Source: Deltaproteobacteria bacterium
GTDB lineage: Bacteria > Myxococcota > JACRCW01
Direction of reading: 5' to 3'
NCBI GenBank assembly: GCA_016218805.1
Contig: JACRCW010000149.1
Coordinates: 1-36,445, forward strand
DNA length: 36,445 nucleotides
The first letter of the stretch is position 1; each line of letters begins with the position of its first letter. Below the pieces are notes generated by a model, which made no database searches, was not told where the DNA came from, and saw only the letters and a program-made list of their open reading frames with translations. Shown in pieces: positions 8,667-18,801 of the stretch. A program made the translations under genes and the position numbers.

Positions 8667-9497
8667 TCAGCCCGCGCTGGCCTTGCGGGCCGGCTTGGTC
8701 TCCGGCGCCTCCGCGGCGGCGGACTGCTTCTTCGCCAGGCTCGCCTTGAGCGCCTCCATCAGGTCAATGATCTGCTCGCGCGGCTGCTCGGGTGCCGCCG
8801 CGTTCACCGTCTCGCCGGCGGCCTTGCGCTCCAGCATCGCGGTGAGCTGTTCGCGGTAGTCGTCATGGTACTTGGAAGCGTCAAAGCGCGGGCTGGACAG
8901 CTGCTCCACCAGTTGCACCGCCAGGGCCAGCTCGTTGTCGCGGATGGCCTTGGGGTCGCCCAGGTCAATGTCCTCAAACGTGCGCACCTCGTCGTGGAAA
9001 TACAGCGCGTGCATCATCAGTCCGTCACGCGCGGGGCGCAGCAGCACCAGCTGCTCCTTGCCGCGGACCGAATACCGCGCAATGGCGACCTTCCCGGACT
9101 GCGTGAGCGCCTTCACCAGCAACGCGTACGGCTTCCCGCCGCCCTTGTCCGGCCCCACCAGCTGGCTCCGTTCAAAGTAGACCGGGTCCACCTCGGACAT
9201 CGGGACAAACTCCTGGATGTCAATGGTCTGGTCGCTCTTCTTGAGCAGCGCGGCCATCTCGTCCTCAGTGACGGTGACGTAGGCGTCCTTGGCGTGCTCA
9301 TAGCCCTTGACCGTGTTCTTGCGGTCCACCACCTCACCGCACAAAGAGCAGACATACTGCTGCTTGAGGCGGGACTTGTCCTTGTCATGGAGCATGTTGA
9401 AGCCCACGCTCTTGGACGACGTGGCGGTGTACAGCTTGATGGGCACGCTGACGAGCCCGAACGTGATCATTCCGGATGCGGATGCGCGTGCGGCCAT
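8667..9497 (-). CDS. ku: NHEJ DNA end-binding protein Ku
   Basis: ITFGLVSVPIKLYTAT, VKGYE, EFVP..EVDPVYFER, YHDDYRE, IIDLMEALKASL. GAGGAG SD precedes ATG 9497. Confidence 0.96.
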   Translation of the reverse strand: MAARASASGMITFGLVSVPIKLYTATSSKSVGFNMLHDKDKSRLKQQYVCSLCGEVVDRKNTVKGYEHAKDAYVTVTEDEMAALLKKSDQTIDIQEFVPMSEVDPVYFERSQLVGPDKGGGKPYALLVKALTQSGKVAIARYSVRGKEQLVLLRPARDGLMMHALYFHDEVRTFEDIDLGDPKAIRDNELALAVQLVEQLSSPRFDASKYHDDYREQLTAMLERKAAGETVNAAAPEQPREQIIDLMEALKASLAKKQSAAAEAPETKPARKASAG

Positions 9498-9611
9498 GGT
9501 CTCCTCGTGCGGCAGGGGCGGGTGGACGCCGTCGGGCAGAGCGTAGCGAGCCGGGGGGCGGGCTGCCAGAAACCGGCGCGTTGGCGTCGGGAACCGTAGA
9601 ATGCGCGCACC

Positions 9612-12131
9612 ATGGCCCCGCGCGATCTGAAGGAATACCGCGACAAACGGGACGCGCAGCGCACGCCGGAGCCGTTTGGCGCGGGCGGGGCGCGCCCGGC
9701 GGCGCCGCAGGGCCCGTGGTGTTTCATTGTCCAGCAGCACGACGCCACCGGCATGCACTGGGACGTGCGGCTGGAGATTGACGGCGTGCTGACCAGCTTT
9801 GCGGTGCCGCGCGGTATCAGCCTGGACCACGACCAGAAGAAGCTGGCGGTGCTCACGGAGGACCACCCGCTGGAGTACGCGCACTTTGAGGGGATCATTC
9901 CCAAGGGCAACTACGGCGCGGGCGCCATGATCCTGTGGGACCGCGGGCAGTACCGCACCGTGGACGGGCGGCCGCCGCGTGAACATCTGGCGGAGGGCAA
10001 ACTGGACCTGCTGTTCCACGGGCTGAAGATGCGCGGGCGCTGGGCGCTGGTGCGCATCAAGGGCGAGGGGAACGGCAAGCAGTGGTTGATGTTCCACAAG
10101 CCGCCGCGCGGCGTGCTGGCGCAAACGGATCTCACGGCAACGCTGGACCGCAGCGTGCTCTCCGGCCTCACCGTGGCGGAACTGGACGCGGGCGCCAACC
10201 GCACCGCCGCACTGGTGGAGCGGGCGCGCACCGCGGGCGCGGCGGACGTGCCGCCCGACGCGGCGGATCCCGCTCCCATGCTGGCGGAGTCCGCGTCCGC
10301 GCCGTTCACGCGGGACGGTTGGGTGTTTGAGATCAAGCTGGACGGCATCCGCGCGCTGGTCATCCGTGACGGGGCGCGGCGCGTGCGCATCCTGACGCGC
10401 GCGGGCCGCGAGGTGTCGGCGAGCTTCCCGGAGATCGCCCGCGCGGCGCGGCACCTGCCGGCGGATGCGTTTGTGCTGGACGGGGAGATTGTGGCGCTGG
10501 ACGCGGTGGGGAAGAGCAGCTTTGAGCTGCTGCAGCAGCGGCTGGGATTGTCGGACGCCGCGCAGCTGGCGCGGATGGAATGGGACATCCCGGCGCACCT
10601 GTTCGCGTTTGACCTGCTGCGGGTGGGTGACGTGGACGTGACGGGGCTGCCGCTCACCACGCGCAAGGAGCTGCTGCAGGGGCTGGTGCCGCGCGTGGGC
10701 GTCATCCGTTTCCATGATCACCTGGAACGCGAAGGCGAGCTGCTGTTTGACAAGGTGCGCGGCCTGGGGCTGGAAGGGCTCATCGCCAAGCGCGCGGCAT
10801 CCCGCTACCAGGATGGGCGCCGCACGGATGACTGGCAGAAGGTGAAGCCGCTGCGGACGGTGGACGTGGTCGTCGTGGGCGCGTCCCCGGCCAAGGGCAA
10901 CCGCAAGGATTTGGGCGCGCTGCTGGTGGCGTGGCACCGCGATGGTGCGCTGGTGTACTGCGGCCGGGTGGGCAGTGGCTTTGACGACGAGACGCGCAGG
11001 CGCACCTGGGCGTGGTTGCAGGCGGAGCAGCGCGACACGCCCGCGTTCCAGGGCGGCCCGGAACGCCATGAGGCGGGGACGTTCTTTGTGGAGCCCAACC
11101 GCGTGGTGGAGGTGAAATACACGGAGGTGACCGCGGGCGCGGGCCTGCTGCGCCACCCGGTGTTCCTGCGCGAGCGCGACGACAAGACGCCCCACGAGTG
11201 CACCGCGCCAACGACGCGCGCCGCCCTGCCGGAGCCGGCCCCCGAGGTGCAGCCGGCCGCGCCCAGCCTGAAGGTGTCCAACCGGGACAAGGTCTATTTC
11301 CCCGCGGACGGCCTCACCAAGGGTGACCTGCTGCGTTACTACGAGGAGGTCTGGCCGTGGATTTCGCCGTATCTACGCGACCGCCCCGTGGTGCTGACGC
11401 GCTATCCCGACGGGATTGACGGGAAGAACTTCTACCAGAAGAACGCGCCGCCCTTCACGCCGGAGTGGGTGGAGACCGTGCGCATTGAGGACACGGACTA
11501 TTTTGTGTGCAACACGGTGGAGACGCTGCTGTACGTGATCAACTCTGGGGCCATTCCACTGCACGTGTGGAGCGCGCGGCGCGGCAGCCTGGACACGCCG
11601 GACTGGTGCATCCTGGACCTGGACCCCAAGGAGGCGCCGTTCCACCACGTGGTCCGCATCGCGCGGCACATCCACCAGTTGCTCAGTGACGTGGGCGCGC
11701 CGCACTTTGTGAAGACGTCCGGGCAGGCGGGGATGCACATCCTCATCCCGCTGCACGCGGAGCTGACCCACGCGGAGAGCCGCATGCTGGCGGAACTGCT
11801 GGCACGCGCCGTCGTGAAGGACCTGCCGGACATCGCCACGGTGGAGCGCGCGCTGTCAGCGCGCGGCGGCAAGGTCTACGTGGACCATCTGCAGAACGGG
11901 TTTGGGAAGCTCATTGCGGGGACGCTGTCCGTGCGCCCCCGGCCCGGTGCGCCGGTGTCCACGCCGCTCACCTGGGACGAAGTGGACGGCGCGCTGGCCC
12001 CCGCGGCCTTCACGCTCCGCACCGTGCCCGCGCGGTTGCAGCACGTGGGTGACCCCATGCGCCCGCTGCTGGACGGGCGCACGGATGTGCCGGCGGTGCT
12101 GCTTGCGCTTTCAAAGCGCCTGGGCGGCTGA
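9612..12131 (+). CDS. ligD: NHEJ DNA ligase D (phosphoesterase-ligase-polymerase)
   Basis: PE domain (HWDVRLE, EDHPLEY, GNYGAG). Ligase motifs EIKLDG, LDGEIV, EGLIAKR, WQKVK. Polymerase motifs RYPDGI, DLDP, KTSG, YVDHLQN. Divergent from ku. Confidence 0.96.
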   Translation: MAPRDLKEYRDKRDAQRTPEPFGAGGARPAAPQGPWCFIVQQHDATGMHWDVRLEIDGVLTSFAVPRGISLDHDQKKLAVLTEDHPLEYAHFEGIIPKGNYGAGAMILWDRGQYRTVDGRPPREHLAEGKLDLLFHGLKMRGRWALVRIKGEGNGKQWLMFHKPPRGVLAQTDLTATLDRSVLSGLTVAELDAGANRTAALVERARTAGAADVPPDAADPAPMLAESASAPFTRDGWVFEIKLDGIRALVIRDGARRVRILTRAGREVSASFPEIARAARHLPADAFVLDGEIVALDAVGKSSFELLQQRLGLSDAAQLARMEWDIPAHLFAFDLLRVGDVDVTGLPLTTRKELLQGLVPRVGVIRFHDHLEREGELLFDKVRGLGLEGLIAKRAASRYQDGRRTDDWQKVKPLRTVDVVVVGASPAKGNRKDLGALLVAWHRDGALVYCGRVGSGFDDETRRRTWAWLQAEQRDTPAFQGGPERHEAGTFFVEPNRVVEVKYTEVTAGAGLLRHPVFLRERDDKTPHECTAPTTRAALPEPAPEVQPAAPSLKVSNRDKVYFPADGLTKGDLLRYYEEVWPWISPYLRDRPVVLTRYPDGIDGKNFYQKNAPPFTPEWVETVRIEDTDYFVCNTVETLLYVINSGAIPLHVWSARRGSLDTPDWCILDLDPKEAPFHHVVRIARHIHQLLSDVGAPHFVKTSGQAGMHILIPLHAELTHAESRMLAELLARAVVKDLPDIATVERALSARGGKVYVDHLQNGFGKLIAGTLSVRPRPGAPVSTPLTWDEVDGALAPAAFTLRTVPARLQHVGDPMRPLLDGRTDVPAVLLALSKRLGG

Positions 12132-12151
12132 CACCCTTCAAGGAGGCAACC

Positions 12152-12991
12152 ATGCCAACCCGCCGTGCCACCGTGTTGTTGGGCCTGCTGTGGTGCGCAG
12201 GCTGCCTGGTGCCGCCGTGGGAGTGGGACGGACTGGACCCCAACGTCCCTCCGGTCACCGAGGGGTCGTGGTACCGCCCCACCGTGGACACCACCTGGAC
12301 GTGGCAGCTGCGCGGCACGCTCAACGAGTCCTACGACGTGCAAGCGTACGATGTGGACCTGTTTGACACGCCCCGGGAGACCATCAGCCGCCTCAAGCAA
12401 TCCGGGCGCAGAGTGATCTGCTACTTCTCGGCGGGCTCGTCCGAAGACTGGCGCGAGGACGACGGTGACTTCCACTTCACCGACCGGGGGCTGCCCATGG
12501 CGGGCTGGGCCGGCGAGCGCTGGCTGAACATCCGCTCCGAGACCGTCATGGCGGTCATGCAGGCGCGGCTGGCCCGCGCGGTGGAAAAGGGCTGTGACGG
12601 CGTGGAGCCGGACAACGTGGATGGGTACGCCAACGCCACCGGGTTCCACCTCAGCGCGGCGGACCAGCGCGCGTTCAACCGCGCGCTCGCCAATGACGCG
12701 CATCGCCGCGGCCTCACCGTTGCCCTGAAGAACTGCGGGGGCCTGGCGCCGGAGCTGGTGGCGTACTTTGACCTGTCTCTCAACGAGCAGTGCCACGAGC
12801 TGAACGAGTGCGGAGAACTCCAGCCGTTCCTGGACGCCGGCAAGCCCGTCTTCAACGCCGAGTACCAGCCCTCCTACCGGGAGGACCCCGGCCTGGCGGA
12901 GCTGTGCGCGCGCGCCCGCGCGGACCGGACCCGCACGCTGGTGCTCGCCCTGGAACTGGATGACTCGTTCCGCGCGAGCTGCGACCCGTAA
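12152..12991 (+). CDS. Endo-alpha-1,4-polygalactosaminidase (GH114 family), predicted lipoprotein
   Basis: TWTWQL, YDVDLFD, ICYFSAGSSEDWR, KGCDGVEPDNVD, ALKN, NEQC, GKPVFNAEY. Lipobox-like CAGC. AGGAGG SD. Confidence 0.9.
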   Translation: MPTRRATVLLGLLWCAGCLVPPWEWDGLDPNVPPVTEGSWYRPTVDTTWTWQLRGTLNESYDVQAYDVDLFDTPRETISRLKQSGRRVICYFSAGSSEDWREDDGDFHFTDRGLPMAGWAGERWLNIRSETVMAVMQARLARAVEKGCDGVEPDNVDGYANATGFHLSAADQRAFNRALANDAHRRGLTVALKNCGGLAPELVAYFDLSLNEQCHELNECGELQPFLDAGKPVFNAEYQPSYREDPGLAELCARARADRTRTLVLALELDDSFRASCDP

Positions 12992-13114
12992 GGGGATGGC
13001 TCCAAGCAAACTGGCGAGATCCGTCGACAAGATGGTGCGCGGTGGCTTCTCGTCCTGTGCGGCTGGACGGGTCTGTCGACGGAAAACGCTTGGTAGCAAT
13101 GCGCTTTGCAGCTT

Positions 13115-13729
13115 CTACGCGTGGCTGCGTTCCTTCACCGCCCGCACCAGTGACCCCAGGGACAGCGGGTCCGGCGACCACAGGAAGGTGGCGCGCAGGG
13201 GCGGGTCGGTGGTGCCCCTGACGGGGATGAGCCCCACCACGTCGGTGGAGTCCAGCGCCAGGCGGCTCAGCAGGGAAGAGGGTGCGTTCCGCACGTCGGG
13301 CACGGAGGGGTAGCAGACCTGCCGGAGCGCATCCCCAAACACGTTGATGAAGCTGGAGGAGACCACGTTGCCCGCCTCAGCCAGCGCGCCGCGCGCGTTG
13401 TCATCCAGCGCGGCGGGCGGGGAAGCCGGCGTGCCCAGCAGGCGCGCGGCCAGCGCCAGCATCTCCGGGAGCGGGGCCACCAGCCAGAAGCGGCCGTTCA
13501 CCCCGCCGGCCAGGCGGAACATGACCGCCAGCGCCTGGCGCGCACCCAGCGCGTCGGTCACTTCGCGCGCTCCACCTACGGAGAACGGGGCCGCGTGCAG
13601 CGCGTTGTCCGGCAGGCCCATCAGCAGCGCCAGGCTCTGCGCCGCGCGCGTGCCCGCGCGCGAGGCGAGCCGTCCCAGGTCGCCCTGTTCTTCCGGCGTC
13701 AGTTCCTTCAGCGTGCGTGGTTCGGTCAC
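13115..13729 (-). CDS. cheC: CheC-family phosphatase (DifG-like)
   Basis: AAQSLALLMG, ALAEAGNVVSSSFINVF, YPSVP. GTGA overlap with cheA stop. Confidence 0.8.
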   Translation of the reverse strand: MTEPRTLKELTPEEQGDLGRLASRAGTRAAQSLALLMGLPDNALHAAPFSVGGAREVTDALGARQALAVMFRLAGGVNGRFWLVAPLPEMLALAARLLGTPASPPAALDDNARGALAEAGNVVSSSFINVFGDALRQVCYPSVPDVRNAPSSLLSRLALDSTDVVGLIPVRGTTDPPLRATFLWSPDPLSLGSLVRAVKERSHA

Positions 13730-15867
13730 GCGACCTCCCGGTGGGCGGATTGTGGGGTGACGGCGATGAGCTTGGCAACATCGAGGATATAGGCCGGCCG
13801 CCCGTCCGCAAGCACGGCGGCACCGGACAGGTAGGGCACCTGCGAAAGCGGCATCCCCAGCGGCTTCACCACCACCTCCTGCTGTCCCAGGATCCGGTCC
13901 ACGCGCACCCCCAGCGGCCGGAACGGTGTCTCAATGACGACGACGGTACCGCTGGCCGGCCACGGTTCCACGGCGTGGCCCAGCAGGGGCCCCAGGTCAT
14001 GCACCGGGGCAATCTCGTCGCCCAGGGGGTACAGCGTCTCACCGTGGCTGTGCAGCAGCTCCGCGGGCTGGAAGTCCAGCGCGGACTCCACGCGGTGCAG
14101 CGGCAGCGCGTACACCGCGTCCGTGGGGCCGGCGCTCACCAGCAGCACGCGGATGATGGCCACCGTGAGGGGGAGGCGCAGGGTGAAGGAGGTGCCCTTG
14201 CCGACAACGCTCTGGATCAGCAGCTGTCCGCCCAGGTGCTCCACGGTGGACAGCACCACGTCCATGCCCACGCCGCGGCCGGAGGTGTCAGACACCTCCT
14301 GGGCGGTGGAGAAGCCGGGGCGGCAGATGAGCTCCAGGGCCTGCTGGTCGGACAGCAGGCGCGCGGCCTCCGCGGTGATCACGCCCTTGTCAATGGCGGA
14401 TGCGCGCAGCCGTTCCGGGTCCATGCCCTGGCCGTCGTCGTGCAGCTCAATGAGCACGTGGTCGCGGTCGCGCGAGGCGGCCAGCGTCAGGTGCATGGTG
14501 GCGGGCTTTCCCGCTGCCACCCGGGCCTCGCCGCCCTCGTGCGCGTGGTCCACCGCGTTGCGGACCAGATGCAGCACCACGTCGTGCAGTTCGTCCAGCA
14601 TGGCGCGGTCCAGCTCAATGTTGGTGCCCTCCACGGTGAAATCCACCTCGCGGCCGCGCTTCTTGGCCAGGTCCCGCACCACGCGCGGCAGCCGGTCCGT
14701 GAGCAGGCTGACGGGGTGCATGCGCGCGGACATCACGCGCTCGTGCAGGCCCTGGGCAAAGCGGTTGAACTCGTCCGCCAGGTCACCCAGGTCCGGGTCA
14801 TCCAGGCGGATGGACAGCGCGTGCAGGCGGGCGCGCGCGAGCAGGATCTCACCCACGCTGTCAATGAGTTCGTCCAGCAGTTCCGTACGCACGCGTACGG
14901 TGCGCGCGGCCAGGTCCGCGGGCGCCGGGCGCGGCCCCGGTGCGGTGGCGGCGGCGGGCGCGGGCTTCTCGGTGTCCGTGACCAGGCAGTCCGCCACGTC
15001 CGTCAGCGCCTTGATCATGCTCTGGATGGACACCGCGTCCAGCGTGCCGCGCACGCGCATCCGCAGGCGCCGCTCCGGGAGCGTGCCGCGCTTGAGGTCC
15101 GCCAGCGGAGGGGTCATCTGGACCACCTCCAGCTTCTCCGTCACGCGCTTGTGCACCAGGAATGCGCGCACGTGCGGGGTGGCGGCGCTCTCAGAGATGC
15201 GCACTTCCACGTCAAACTCCCGCGGGCCCACGGCGGACAGGGTCAGCGTGGGCTGCGTGCCGCCCGGGCCGGCGCCCACCGCGGGGAGCATGACGGTGGC
15301 CTGGGGCCCCACCGCCGGCAGTGACCCGGTGGGCGTGGCCGATGGCGCGGCCGCCACGGCGGGCAGCCGCGCATCGGTAGTGCCGGCCGCGGCGGTGACC
15401 GGGAGCGACGGCTGCGTGGTGCCGCTGGGCGCGCGCACGGCAGCCAGGTTGGGGAAGGTGGTGGACCCCGCGCCCGGTGCGGCCGCCGTCATCTGCGCCG
15501 CCTTGCCCAGGATGCGCTGCATCAGCGTGGGCAGGGCCAGGTCTGCCTCGCGGCCGCCCTCCACCAGGCTCACCGCGTCCCCCAGCCAGTCCCCGCCCTC
15601 CAGCCACAACTCCACCGCCTCCGCGTCAAACGGCACCCCGCGGCGCGCCATGTCCGCCAGGTCCTCCAGCTTGTGCGCCATGGTGGCCACGGGGTCATAG
15701 CCCATGGAGGCGGCCATGCCCTTGATGCTGTGCGCGTGGCGGAACAGCGCGTCCAGCGCGGGGCGGTCCGCCGGCGTCTTCTCCAGCGTCAGCAGCGCCT
15801 TGGAGATGCCTTCCAGGTGTTCACGGGATTCGGTGACAAACAGGGCCCGGTACTTGGACATGTCCAT
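13726..15867 (-). CDS. cheA: Chemosensory histidine kinase CheA (DifE-like)
   Basis: HPt motif FRHAHSIKGMA, TVRVRTELLD, HLVRNAVDH, DDGQG, GFST..VSDTSGRGVGMDVV, C-terminal CheW domain. Confidence 0.96.
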   Translation of the reverse strand: MDMSKYRALFVTESREHLEGISKALLTLEKTPADRPALDALFRHAHSIKGMAASMGYDPVATMAHKLEDLADMARRGVPFDAEAVELWLEGGDWLGDAVSLVEGGREADLALPTLMQRILGKAAQMTAAAPGAGSTTFPNLAAVRAPSGTTQPSLPVTAAAGTTDARLPAVAAAPSATPTGSLPAVGPQATVMLPAVGAGPGGTQPTLTLSAVGPREFDVEVRISESAATPHVRAFLVHKRVTEKLEVVQMTPPLADLKRGTLPERRLRMRVRGTLDAVSIQSMIKALTDVADCLVTDTEKPAPAAATAPGPRPAPADLAARTVRVRTELLDELIDSVGEILLARARLHALSIRLDDPDLGDLADEFNRFAQGLHERVMSARMHPVSLLTDRLPRVVRDLAKKRGREVDFTVEGTNIELDRAMLDELHDVVLHLVRNAVDHAHEGGEARVAAGKPATMHLTLAASRDRDHVLIELHDDGQGMDPERLRASAIDKGVITAEAARLLSDQQALELICRPGFSTAQEVSDTSGRGVGMDVVLSTVEHLGGQLLIQSVVGKGTSFTLRLPLTVAIIRVLLVSAGPTDAVYALPLHRVESALDFQPAELLHSHGETLYPLGDEIAPVHDLGPLLGHAVEPWPASGTVVVIETPFRPLGVRVDRILGQQEVVVKPLGMPLSQVPYLSGAAVLADGRPAYILDVAKLIAVTPQSAHREVA

Positions 15868-15936
15868 GGCGGCACCGGGGCGAGGGGAGGGGGCGGGCGC
15901 CGAGCAGGGCGGCCCCCGGGACGGCGACTACACGGC

Positions 15937-16308
15937 TCAGCCCTCGCCGAGCACCTTGCGGACCACGGCCAGGACGTCCTCAGCCTTGAACGGCTTGACA
16001 ATGAAGTCCGCCGCCCCCGCCTCAATGGCCTCCATCACCAGGCTCTCCTGCCCCAGCGCCGAACACATCACGATGACGCCCTTGGGATTCTCCAGCAGGA
16101 TCTCCTTGGTGGCCTCAATGCCGCTCTTGAACGGCATGACGATGTCCATGGTGGTCAGGTTGGGTTTGAGTTCCTTGTGCTTTTCCACGGCCTCCACGCC
16201 GTTGGACGCCTCGCCCACCACCTGGAAGTCGCCCCCCGCCGCGAAGATGTCCTTCAGCATGTTCCGCATGAAGACGGCATCGTCGACAATCAGCACGGTC
16301 TTCGGCAT
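15937..16308 (-). CDS. cheY: CheY response regulator (DifD-like)
   Basis: VLIVDDAVFMRNM, TMDIVMPFKSGIEAT, MCSALGQE, FIVKPF. Closely resembles myxobacterial DifD as recalled. Confidence 0.95.
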   Translation of the reverse strand: MPKTVLIVDDAVFMRNMLKDIFAAGGDFQVVGEASNGVEAVEKHKELKPNLTTMDIVMPFKSGIEATKEILLENPKGVIVMCSALGQESLVMEAIEAGAADFIVKPFKAEDVLAVVRKVLGEG

Positions 16309-16334
16309 GTCCGAACCAGCCTTTCAGGGGGCGA

Positions 16335-16811
16335 TCAGGCCCCGGCGGGATGAGCAATGGCACTGGTGCGGCGCGGCGGCGAATCCTCCGCCTGGCACAG
16401 GCCACCAATCCGGTTGAAGATGAGTTCGGTGTCCAGCACGTTCAGGGCGCGGCCCTGGTGCACGTGGATGCGGGCAATGGCGCCGCCCTCGCGCGCGGGC
16501 GGCGTGCCCGCCTCGGGTGCCAGGGAGACAATCTCCCGCACCACGCCCACCAGCAGCGCCACGCTGCCGCCGCCGCGCTCCATCAGCAGCAGCCGGCCAC
16601 GCGTGACGTCCTGCGCGGGGAAGCGCGAGGACACCACCAGGCCCAGGTCCACCACGGTCATGACGCGCCCGCGGTGATGCGTGATCCCGCGGACCTGCGG
16701 CGGCAGACGCGGCAGCGCGGCAATGGAGCCCGGCTCCACCACCTTCACCACCTCCGCGGCGGGAACGGCGTGGGCTTCCCCACCCAGTTCAAAGACCAGC
16801 AACAGTTCCAT
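16335..16811 (-). CDS. cheW: CheW coupling protein (DifC-like)
   Basis: LVFELGGE, LPRLPPQVRGITHHRGRVMTVVDL, ALLVGVVREIV. Lies upstream of cheY. Confidence 0.9.
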   Translation of the reverse strand: MELLLVFELGGEAHAVPAAEVVKVVEPGSIAALPRLPPQVRGITHHRGRVMTVVDLGLVVSSRFPAQDVTRGRLLLMERGGGSVALLVGVVREIVSLAPEAGTPPAREGGAIARIHVHQGRALNVLDTELIFNRIGGLCQAEDSPPRRTSAIAHPAGA

Positions 16812-16887
16812 GGCGTGTCAGTGTGACCGTTCCTCCCCCGGGTACCGCCGGGAGCCGGGGCACCCTACCAGCGCCCTTGCGCGCGCC

Positions 16888-18792
16888 TCAAGCGCCCCCG
16901 GCGGCGGCGGGGCCGGCAGGCCGGGCACGCCGCGCGTGGACCGCCAGGATCCCCAGGGCCGCCGGTGTCACGCCGGCAATCTGCGCGGCCACCGCCAGCG
17001 TGGCGGGCCGGTGGCGTCGGAGCTTGTCCGCCACTTCCCGGGACAGCCCGGGGACCTCGCCCGCGGACACGTGCGGCGGCAGCGGCTCGTGTTCCAGGTC
17101 GCGGAGCTGCCGAAGGCGCGCGGCGTCGTCGGCACGGTAGCCCTCGTAACGGACCTCGGAGAGCACGCGCGCCCGCTCGCTCTCCGTGAGCGCACCCACC
17201 TCCGGGCACAGCGCGGCCACCTGCGCGCCGGTCACGCCCGGGCGGCAGGCCAGCGTGGCCACGCTCATGGGGCCGGACAGCGGGAGGAGACCGGCGCGTT
17301 GCAGCGCCGCGTTCTGTTCGGTGGACGGATTGAGCATGTGCGCGCGCAGCCGCGCCTTGACGTCAGCCAGCGCGGCTTCCCGCTCCGCCACACGCGCGCG
17401 CCGCGCCGCGGCCACCAGGCCCGCGCGGTGCCCGTGCTCGCACAGGCGCGCCTGCGCACTGTCCTCACCCAGCCACAGCCGGTGCTCCGCGCGGGAGGTC
17501 AGCATCCGGTAAGGCTCCGGCGCGTCCCGCTCGACCAGATCGGACACCATCACGCCCGCGTACGCCTCGTCCCGCCGCAGCACCAGCGGGGCCTGGCCGC
17601 GCAACCACAGCGACGCGTTGAGTCCCGCCCACAGGCCCTGCGCCGCCGCCTCCTCGTAACCGGAGGTGCCGTTGACCTGGCCGGCCAGGTACAGCCCGGG
17701 CACGTGGCGCGTCTCCAGCGTCGGGTGCAGGCCGGTGGGCGGCACCATGTCGTATTCCACCGCGTAGCCCCAGCGCATGACCTCCGCGCGTTCCAGGCCG
17801 GGAATCCGGCGCAGGAATGCCAGCTGCACGTCCACGGGCAGGCTGGTGGACAGGCCGTTGGGGTAGACCTCGCGCGCGTCCAGGCCCTCCGGTTCCAGGA
17901 ATACGTGGTGGCGCTGTTTGTCCGCGAACCGCACCACCTTGTCCTCAATGGACGGGCAGTAGCGCGGGCCGGTGCCCTCAATGACGCCGGTGAACAGCGG
18001 GCTGCGGTCCAATCCCGCACGGATGACGTCGTGCACGGCGCTGTTGGTGTACGTGAGGTGGCAGGGCACCTGCGGCAGCGGGACATGCGCCGGTTCCAGC
18101 GCAAAGGGCCGCGGCGTCTCCGGCGGCTGCACCTCCAACCGCCCAAACTCAATGGTGCGCGCATCCAGCCGCGGGCACGTCCCCGTCTTCATGCGGCGCA
18201 GCGTGAAACCCAGCGCGGCCAGCGACCGCGACAGGCCTGCGGCGGCGGGTTCGCCCGCGCGCCCGCCGGGACGCTGCGCGGGGCCCACGTGCATCAGCCC
18301 CTGCAGGAACGTCCCCGTGGTCACAATGACCACCGGGGCGCGGAACTCCTCCCCCAGCGCGGTGCGCACGCCCCGCACGCGCGCGGTGTCCGCGTCCACC
18401 AGGATTTCCTCCACGCTGCCCTGCCGCAGCGCCAGGTGCGGCGTGTTCTCCACCACCCCGGTCATGTAGCGGCTGTAGCGCCACAGGTCCGACTGGCAGC
18501 GCGTGGACTGCACCGCGGGGCCCTTGGAGGCGTTCAGCGTGCGGAACTGGATCGCCGTGGCGTCGGCGGCGCGCGCCATCTCGCCGCCCAACGCGTCAAT
18601 CTCACGCACCAGCTGGCCCTTGCCCACCCCGCCAATGGCCGGGTTGCAGCTCATGGCCCCCACGCGGTCCAGTGACAGGGTCACCAGCAGCGTGGATTGC
18701 CCCGTGCGCGCCAGCGCCAGCGCCGCTTCAATGCCGGCGTGCCCGGCACCAATGACAATGGCGTCATGCGACGAGACGAGAGAGCAACCCAT
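16888..18792 (-). CDS. mnmG: tRNA uridine 5-carboxymethylaminomethyl modification enzyme MnmG (GidA)
   Basis: [76 protein letters not shown]. Confidence 0.96.
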   Translation of the reverse strand: MGCSLVSSHDAIVIGAGHAGIEAALALARTGQSTLLVTLSLDRVGAMSCNPAIGGVGKGQLVREIDALGGEMARAADATAIQFRTLNASKGPAVQSTRCQSDLWRYSRYMTGVVENTPHLALRQGSVEEILVDADTARVRGVRTALGEEFRAPVVIVTTGTFLQGLMHVGPAQRPGGRAGEPAAAGLSRSLAALGFTLRRMKTGTCPRLDARTIEFGRLEVQPPETPRPFALEPAHVPLPQVPCHLTYTNSAVHDVIRAGLDRSPLFTGVIEGTGPRYCPSIEDKVVRFADKQRHHVFLEPEGLDAREVYPNGLSTSLPVDVQLAFLRRIPGLERAEVMRWGYAVEYDMVPPTGLHPTLETRHVPGLYLAGQVNGTSGYEEAAAQGLWAGLNASLWLRGQAPLVLRRDEAYAGVMVSDLVERDAPEPYRMLTSRAEHRLWLGEDSAQARLCEHGHRAGLVAAARRARVAEREAALADVKARLRAHMLNPSTEQNAALQRAGLLPLSGPMSVATLACRPGVTGAQVAALCPEVGALTESERARVLSEVRYEGYRADDAARLRQLRDLEHEPLPPHVSAGEVPGLSREVADKLRRHRPATLAVAAQIAGVTPAALGILAVHARRARPAGPAAAGGA

Positions 18793-18801
18793 GCGGCGGT
18801 C

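Noticed and set aside
9498..11195. 842-aa ORF suggesting a Ku fusion
   Set aside because: The extension is the antisense shadow of ligD. Ku starts at 9497 with a clear SD.
8667..12131. ku/ligD as a novel system
   Set aside because: Standard bacterial NHEJ pair.
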